This document shows positions 58,115 through 64,000 of a stretch of DNA of 64,000 nucleotides, in pieces. Source of the DNA: Candidatus Bathyarchaeota archaeon (GTDB taxonomy: Archaea; Thermoproteota; Bathyarchaeia; Bathyarchaeales; Bathycorpusculaceae). The notes under the pieces were generated by a model, which saw only the letters and a program-made list of their open reading frames with translations, had not been told where the DNA came from and ran no database searches. A program made the translations under genes and the position numbers. Location: positions 472,263-536,262 of the forward strand of contig CAWGYA010000002.1 in assembly GCA_963826715.1 (NCBI GenBank), read 5' to 3'. Positions within the stretch are counted from its first letter, which is position 1. Each line of letters opens with the position of its first letter.

Positions 58115-58134
58115 ATATTACATTTGTGTAATAT
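58115..58134. promoter_or_regulatory. Palindrome ATATTACA-N4-TGTAATAT in the divergent hsdR/CHAT promoter region
   Basis: Perfect 8-bp inverted repeat. Confidence 0.4.
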
Positions 58135-58184
58135 AGACTGGTCGTCAACAAGTTTTAAAAGTAAATTTGGGCTTACAAACAACT

Positions 58185-58937
58185 ATGTCTGAAAGAAGTA
58201 TTTCTGCTCAAAAGGCTTGGAAAACTCGAAAAAAGAAAGCTAAGAAGTTGAGCGAAAGAGCAAAGAAAGCATGGGAAACTCGATTAGCTAATTGGGGAGA
58301 ATTAAGACGGAGCATTCTTCTTGTCGAATGCATACCTGATTGTTCTGAAGGAAAAATGCTCAAAGAATTGTTTAGTATAATTGATTTACAAATGGACGAT
58401 AATGATGAATCCGTTGATTACGCAATGGAAAAAGCAAACTCCCCAGAAAAACTGTTATCAGTCTTAAGGAATGCAAAACAATCATGCATACATATTTCTT
58501 GTCACGGACAATACTTCAAGAACTATAGGAAAACAGGGTTCAAGCTACCTGAAGGAAGACTATTCTCTGATGAAATATCTTCTAAAGATGCAACCAAACT
58601 CATTTGGAGTGAACGTGGCAAAAAAGAAGAGGCATCTATGCCACAGCTTGTGTTTCTATCTTCTTGTGAAACTGCAAAAGATAGAGACATGGTTGAAAGA
58701 TTCATGCAAGCTGGAGTAAGGTACGTTATCGCACCAAAAAATGAAACTCCTTTCCATGATGCCGCATTATTCTCATCCATATTTTATCCTCTTGTCTATG
58801 TTGAGCAAAAAAACCCCTACATTGCATTCAAGAAGGTCAAAAAAGCTTTTCCAAAGATGACAGGAAATTGGAAATTCTTTGACTTCTACAAACATGACTT
58901 CAAATATTACGACCCAAATGGAACGGAAAGATTATAG
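58185..58937 (+). CDS. CHAT/caspase-like protease with a basic KAW(K/E)TR-repeat N-terminus
   Basis: IHISCHG and VFLSSCET (His-Cys dyad), AGVRYVIA; alternative TTG start at 58167. Confidence 0.75.
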   Translation: MSERSISAQKAWKTRKKKAKKLSERAKKAWETRLANWGELRRSILLVECIPDCSEGKMLKELFSIIDLQMDDNDESVDYAMEKANSPEKLLSVLRNAKQSCIHISCHGQYFKNYRKTGFKLPEGRLFSDEISSKDATKLIWSERGKKEEASMPQLVFLSSCETAKDRDMVERFMQAGVRYVIAPKNETPFHDAALFSSIFYPLVYVEQKNPYIAFKKVKKAFPKMTGNWKFFDFYKHDFKYYDPNGTERL

Positions 58938-58961
58938 GTAGACTTCATTCGAGCTGAAAAG

Positions 58962-59271
58962 ATGATGTTCAACAAAATCCTCATTGACCTTATTCTTCAA
59001 GGCAAGAAAACTATGACTTCCAGAGATAAACCTCAATATGAGGTCGGTGAAGTCACAAATCTTATGGCTAACAGGGATTACTCCAAAACCTCTGGGAAAT
59101 ACATCAAAATAACAAAGGTCTACCAGAAGTCACTTGCCGAATTCTCAGATATCGATGCAAAACAAAGAAGGATTCAACAACCTATCAGAGTTTAAACAGT
59201 ACTGGAAAAAGAATATCGGTGAATGGAACAACTCTATTACCGTCTGGGTACATGAATTTGATGTGCTGTAA
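58962..59271 (+). pseudogene. ASCH-domain protein interrupted by a +1 frameshift near 59165
   Basis: GKKTMTSR motif; DAKQ continues in the +1 frame as EGFNNLSEFKQYW..VWVHEFDVL to TAA 59269-59271. Confidence 0.8.
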
Positions 59272-59327
59272 GGTAAAACAACCGCTTAGAATAGTCTTAT
59301 ATTTTGACCAAAACATAAAGAGCAGTC

Positions 59328-60236
59328 ATGATTCCCGATTACCAGACTATCATGCTTCCCCTTCTTGAGTACACCAAGGATGGAAAAGAACGCTCACTAA
59401 ATGAAGCCATCGAGCATGTCAGTGTTCTTTTCAAGCTAACAGAACAAGAAAAACATGAAATGCTTCCCAGTGGAATGCAAACAATCATAGAAAACCGAGT
59501 AGGTTGGGCTAGAACCTACCTAAAGAAAGCTGGGCTAATCGAGTCGCCAAGAAGGGGATACTTCAAAATAGCAAACAGAGGATTAGAAATCCTCAAACAA
59601 AACCCATCAAAAATCGATAATAAGTTCCTTATGCAGTTCTCAGAATTTGTAGAGTTCCATTCAGTAAAAAAGGAAGATAAACAGAACTTCTCTCAGAAGA
59701 CGATAACTGAATCATTAGACCCCATGGAAACCCTTGAGAACGCATTTCAAAGTATCAAAGAAAGTCTAGCAGACGACTTACTCAAAGAAGTCAAGAATGC
59801 AACACCAGAATTCTTTGAGAAAACAGTGCTAAAACTCCTAAGAAGAATGGGTTATGGAGACTTAGTTGATGGTTCAATGGAGCATACTGGAAAATCAGGT
59901 GATGAAGGCGTTGATGGGAAGATTAAGGAAGACAAGTTGGGTCTCGATGTCATCTACGTTCAAGCTAAGAAATGGGAGAACACTGTTTCAAGACCTGAAA
60001 TACAAAAGTTTGTAGGAGCACTGAAAGGTCAATGTGCAAACAAAGGCATCTTTATCACAACATCAAACTTCTCAGGTGAAGCTTTAGATTACGCTCGGAA
60101 GATTGATTCTCCTAAAATTGTATTGATTGATGGGGAAACTCTTGCGCAATACATGATTGACCATGACATCGGAGTATCTAAGGTTAAGAACTTTGAGATA
60201 AAACGAAAAGATACCGACTTCTTCGTTGAGGATTAA
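59328..60236 (+). CDS. mrr: Mrr type IV restriction endonuclease
   Basis: MIPDYQ..NRVGWARTYLKKAG N-domain; GDEGVDG, YVQAKKW, GIFITTS. Confidence 0.95.
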   Translation: MIPDYQTIMLPLLEYTKDGKERSLNEAIEHVSVLFKLTEQEKHEMLPSGMQTIIENRVGWARTYLKKAGLIESPRRGYFKIANRGLEILKQNPSKIDNKFLMQFSEFVEFHSVKKEDKQNFSQKTITESLDPMETLENAFQSIKESLADDLLKEVKNATPEFFEKTVLKLLRRMGYGDLVDGSMEHTGKSGDEGVDGKIKEDKLGLDVIYVQAKKWENTVSRPEIQKFVGALKGQCANKGIFITTSNFSGEALDYARKIDSPKIVLIDGETLAQYMIDHDIGVSKVKNFEIKRKDTDFFVED

Positions 60237-60239
60237 CTT

Positions 60240-60833
60240 ATGAGCTTATGTCCTTTCTTCAAAACTGATTGTTACCGCGATAAATGTGTGATGTGGAAAA
60301 ACGGTTGCTTAATTACAATTTTTCTCGACAAGTTCCAGTTGGAGACAACTGAAGCAGAGATACAACCTGAAAACGATCAAGAGACTTCTGAAAAATCTCA
60401 ATTTAAAGATTGGTTGGAAAAAGCAACTCCAGCAAACATAGCGGAAGAGATAATCGAATTTAAAAACCAACACTTTTCAAATGAACGTGTAAGCAGTTTT
60501 GATTTAACTCGACTATTCTGGACAGATAAGGAGTTAGATAACTGGGAAATTCCAGCAAAAGTACAGTTAAAGATAGAGCAAGCTAACCTAAAAGTTCAAC
60601 AAAAACTTGATGAGATAGAAGAAGCGAAGAATAGGAAGAGGTTAGCAGAAGAGAAGCAAAAGCTATCTACTTTGATAAAAGAATGCATTGATTGGACTAA
60701 CCAAGCTGGTCTAAAGAAGCTGACCCTTGCTGATGTGGATGCATTTATTTTGGATAAGAATCTTGACATCATGTTTGAAACCAGAAGAGCACTATACTCA
60801 AAGGTTAACATCAAACTCAAAGTGGACAAGTAA
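60240..60833 (+). CDS. Hypothetical protein with an N-terminal Cys cluster
   Basis: CPFF..C...C..W...C; starts 3 nt after mrr. Confidence 0.65.
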   Translation: MSLCPFFKTDCYRDKCVMWKNGCLITIFLDKFQLETTEAEIQPENDQETSEKSQFKDWLEKATPANIAEEIIEFKNQHFSNERVSSFDLTRLFWTDKELDNWEIPAKVQLKIEQANLKVQQKLDEIEEAKNRKRLAEEKQKLSTLIKECIDWTNQAGLKKLTLADVDAFILDKNLDIMFETRRALYSKVNIKLKVDK

Positions 60834-60976
60834 TGCCTTACGTTTCTGCTGATTATATAGAAAAACACATTTGTTAATTGAGAAGGCAAAACTACCAGCA
60901 TTCTTTTTTACTGTAGTAATAATTCGCAAAGCTTCTATAATAGAAGCTTACAACAAAACGTTAAGGTAATTGTGCT

Positions 60977-62788
60977 ATGGGTGCTGAAAGCTGTGAATCT
61001 AATGGGGATATTCAATTCGAGCAACCTTTAGAGGAAGAAACAACGCCAATCTCACCAGATAGAAAAATCTTCACAAACAAAAGTGACCCCGAAGTCGATT
61101 CCCTATTAGGAAAGTGGAACAAAGGAAAATTAGTATTACAACCAGCTTTCCAGAGACTCTACGTCTGGGATGAAGTAAAAGCAAGTCGCCTAATCGAATC
61201 AGCACTCTTGGACATTCCGCTACCAATAGTCTACTTATCAGAAGACAAAGATAACAAAGAATATGTAATTGACGGTCAACAAAGACTAACCTCTTTCTTC
61301 TCCTTCATAAATGGAAAATTCCCAAACGGAAAAGAATTCAGATTAACAGGACTAAAAGTATACACTCACCTAAACGGTAAACTATTCAAAGAAATAGAAG
61401 ATGAAGCTCTACAAGATAAAATACAATTCTACAACATACCGACCATCACATTCAAAAAAGAATCAGACCCACAACTAAGGTTTGAAATCTTTGAACGGCT
61501 AAACACTGGTTCTGTTGCTCTAAACCAACAGGAACTAAGAAACTGCATCTACAGAGGACAATTCAATGATTTCTTAAAAGAGTTAGCAACGTATCCAGAT
61601 TTCTTGCATCTTTTAGGACTAAAAACCTCAGACAGACGAATGAATGACGTTGAATTAGTTCTCCGATTCGCAGCTTTCTATCATGCAACTTACCTAAAGT
61701 ACAATGCACCAATCAAGAAGTTTCTTAACGATGAAATGGATGACTACAGAGACGACAAGATTACTCAAAAGGACAAAGACGAACTAAGGGATGCATTCAA
61801 AAACACAATAAGCATAATTAGGTCGCTATTCGATACCCCAACAGGTACTCATGCATTCAAACGCTTCTATGCTGGAAATGACAAGAACCATAACGGAAGA
61901 TGGGAAGAAAAGAAGTTTAACGCATCACTATATGATGTTCTGATGTACACTTTCGCTAAAGCTGACAAAAACACAGTGTACCAAAACTTAGATGCAATTA
62001 GAGAAGCCTTTATCGACCTAATGTCAAGCGACATAGATTTCATAGCCTCAATCGAATTATCAACAAGCAGTAACAAAGCTGTAACAACTCGGTTTGACAA
62101 ATGGAGACTGACCCTTCAAAACATAATTGGTATAGACAACAAAGAGCAAAGATGCTTTAGTAATCAACTTAAAAAACAACTCTTTGAAAATAACTCAACA
62201 TGCGCTATATGTGGACAACAAATTAAGAATGTTGACGATTCAGCAGTTGACCACATTACTCAGTATTGGCAAGGTGGCAAAACAATCCCTGAAAATGCTC
62301 GACTAACGCATAGATACTGTAATTGGTCAAGACCACGAAAAGATACACTTGCTCCATCAAAAACACCTGAAGCAATATTAGTTACTGAGAATTCTGCAAA
62401 AACATTCACGGAAACCAACGTAATATTAGCTGATAGGCTTCTTATCAAAATTGACAACTCAGAAGTTAGAATTATAACGACAAAGCTAATGGACGAAATT
62501 ATGAATATCTCAAATAGGGTTGAGCGAAGGATAAGCAACACTAACATAAACTTCTACTATTCAAATTACAGGTTTTGTTCAATCTTTCCTCAAAAGAAGG
62601 GTTTCTGTTTTGAAGTGCATCTGCCTAAAAATGAATTAATAACAGGAAACTTGAATGTAACAATTCATCCATCTAATCAAGACTGGTCTTACATTCACGT
62701 CAATGAGTCCTCAGAGCTATCTTTGCTAACTAATGCTGGTAGAGAAGCCTATATCAGAGCAATTAAATTTTCAAGTTTGAAAAACTAG
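60977..62788 (+). CDS. GmrSD-like DUF262 + HNH nuclease with an extra C-terminal domain
   Basis: PAFQRLYVW, IDGQQRLT, FERLN; CAIC..VDHI..NARLTHRYCN. Confidence 0.88.
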   Translation: MGAESCESNGDIQFEQPLEEETTPISPDRKIFTNKSDPEVDSLLGKWNKGKLVLQPAFQRLYVWDEVKASRLIESALLDIPLPIVYLSEDKDNKEYVIDGQQRLTSFFSFINGKFPNGKEFRLTGLKVYTHLNGKLFKEIEDEALQDKIQFYNIPTITFKKESDPQLRFEIFERLNTGSVALNQQELRNCIYRGQFNDFLKELATYPDFLHLLGLKTSDRRMNDVELVLRFAAFYHATYLKYNAPIKKFLNDEMDDYRDDKITQKDKDELRDAFKNTISIIRSLFDTPTGTHAFKRFYAGNDKNHNGRWEEKKFNASLYDVLMYTFAKADKNTVYQNLDAIREAFIDLMSSDIDFIASIELSTSSNKAVTTRFDKWRLTLQNIIGIDNKEQRCFSNQLKKQLFENNSTCAICGQQIKNVDDSAVDHITQYWQGGKTIPENARLTHRYCNWSRPRKDTLAPSKTPEAILVTENSAKTFTETNVILADRLLIKIDNSEVRIITTKLMDEIMNISNRVERRISNTNINFYYSNYRFCSIFPQKKGFCFEVHLPKNELITGNLNVTIHPSNQDWSYIHVNESSELSLLTNAGREAYIRAIKFSSLKN

Positions 62789-62910
62789 AAAGGTGAACTA
62801 AACATATGCCAAAGAGCATACTTCAATGAGATACTTAGACAAACCCCAAGAAGAGTGGTGCAGACCTTAACATAGAGTTTTTGAAGAAGTAGTATGATTC
62901 TTAATTAAGA

Positions 62911-63165
62911 GTGAGCTCAATGGATGAGAGGGATAAAACCAAAGATATAGCGGAACAATTATGTTATGTTTGTCTGCATCAAAGAATGCTAATAGGCTCA
63001 AATCCGCTAAACAAAGCTGACATAGACTTATTCCCTGTTGAACCATACTGTAACAAACGCCATTCCAACAATAATATTGATTGTGCAGATTTTGAACCTG
63101 ACAAAGAAAAAGTCAGACGCATGGTCAGAGATATAATAGATATATTAGCACTGGAAAAATTCTAA
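62911..63165 (+). CDS. Small Cys-containing hypothetical protein
   Basis: CYVC..C..C.DF pattern. Confidence 0.55.
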   Translation: MSSMDERDKTKDIAEQLCYVCLHQRMLIGSNPLNKADIDLFPVEPYCNKRHSNNNIDCADFEPDKEKVRRMVRDIIDILALEKF

Positions 63166-63296
63166 AACAACAATTTGAGAGCAATCATGAAAACCTTTAA
63201 TGTTGCAATGAAATATCTCATGATGATTTCAGAAGAAACTGTTTTTGATGCAACAAGTGACACATGGATGAAGGAAAGAATAAGAAAACTCTTCAC

Positions 63297-63755
63297 TCAC
63301 CAAGCTCCTTCTGTACCACGAATCATAAAATAACCCATCCCTGAAAAATAAGGCTTGATTATACACGTCATCGCTACAGAATTATGTGTACCATTGTTTG
63401 AAAGGATATATCGGTCAGGATTTTGTTCGTAGTATTTCCAGATTAATGTGATGTTTCCCCATAGTAAGTCAGTTGGAATGGTTACATTGAAGAAGACAGT
63501 TTCTTCGCTCCACCCTGAAAAGACAACTGAAACATACTTCAATGAGTCAGTTTCAGGTGATAAGTCAACCTTTGGTGATGAAGTCCAGTTAGTGTTAACT
63601 GTCAAGATGTAGGTCTTCTCTCCAACTGACATAGGATAAATGTACAACTTGCGTACTACTTCTTCATCCCCTGTTAAATCAACCAGTAGAATCCCAGCTA
63701 TTGATGTGATTAGGATTAACACAGCAAGCGTTAATGCCAATATTTTTCTCTTCAT
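63297..63755 (-). CDS. Membrane-anchored/secreted beta-rich protein
   Basis: MKRKILAL.. signal/TM segment; FNVTIP..L.G motif. Confidence 0.7.
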   Translation of the reverse strand: MKRKILALTLAVLILITSIAGILLVDLTGDEEVVRKLYIYPMSVGEKTYILTVNTNWTSSPKVDLSPETDSLKYVSVVFSGWSEETVFFNVTIPTDLLWGNITLIWKYYEQNPDRYILSNNGTHNSVAMTCIIKPYFSGMGYFMIRGTEGAW

Positions 63756-63954
63756 AACACCGATTGATGTTTAGGTTACTTGTCTAAAAGGGTTTTTTGG
63801 TCAACGTTCTTGATTATCATTAAACTCTCTAAGCTCCACTTCTGAACATGTCTTATGGTTTTCTTTTGACATATTTTAACCTCAGAAGGGTAATTTGAAA
63901 AGAATGCGTTTGTTCAGTGTTTTGAAGAAAGAGTTTACTTTTTGTTGCTGACTT

Positions 63955-63983
63955 GAAAAAAGAGAAGAAAGGGAGACGTCTCC
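63955..63983 (-). terminator. Probable terminator of a minus-strand gene beyond the window
   Basis: Palindrome GGAGACGTCTCC (63972-63983) followed on the minus strand by a T/C-rich tract. Confidence 0.35.
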
Positions 63984-64000
63984 ACTTGCATGGGATGCAA

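Larger units (their letters stand above)
32427..64000. mobile_element. Integrated element 2 / defence island at tRNA-Cys; right end not seen
   Basis: Integrase ends 26 nt past the tRNA 3' end; replication-like module and defence cargo follow; no tRNA-Cys 3' repeat found by eye. Confidence 0.78.

Noticed and set aside
32427-64000. Complete provirus or conjugative element; second att site
   Set aside because: No recognisable capsid, terminase, VirB4/T4SS or relaxase gene; no repeat of the tRNA-Cys 3' end found by eye

Overview
Archaeal chromosome segment, most likely Bathyarchaeia/TACK (inferred from TFB, aIF1/SUI1 and IOR). A ~16.6-kb core block lies between two outward-facing tRNA genes. It holds an acyltransferase, TFB, aIF1, and an aryl-acid cluster: ACD-GNAT, ACT, LivFGHMK, PaaK, IorAB and PaaI. 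Each tRNA has an integrated element at its 3' end. Left element (tRNA-Gln, runs off the window start): tyrosine integrase reading into the tRNA, small RHH/HTH module, ~640-bp array of co-varying quasi-palindromes, and a BREX type 3-like system. Right element (tRNA-Cys, no second att seen, probably runs off the window end): Zn-ribbon integrase, tandem Cys-rich protein, RHH-HerA-like ATPase, AAA+ helicase coupled to an ADP-ribosyltransferase-fold gene, and a candidate origin. Its defence cargo is Schlafen/AlbA_2, an HhH-glycosylase-like protein, a PD-(D/E)XK-APAZ plus short Argonaute pair, GIY-YIG, type I R-M, a caspase-like CHAT protein with frameshifted ASCH, Mrr and a GmrSD-like protein. Family calls are by-eye motif recognition; no searches were run.
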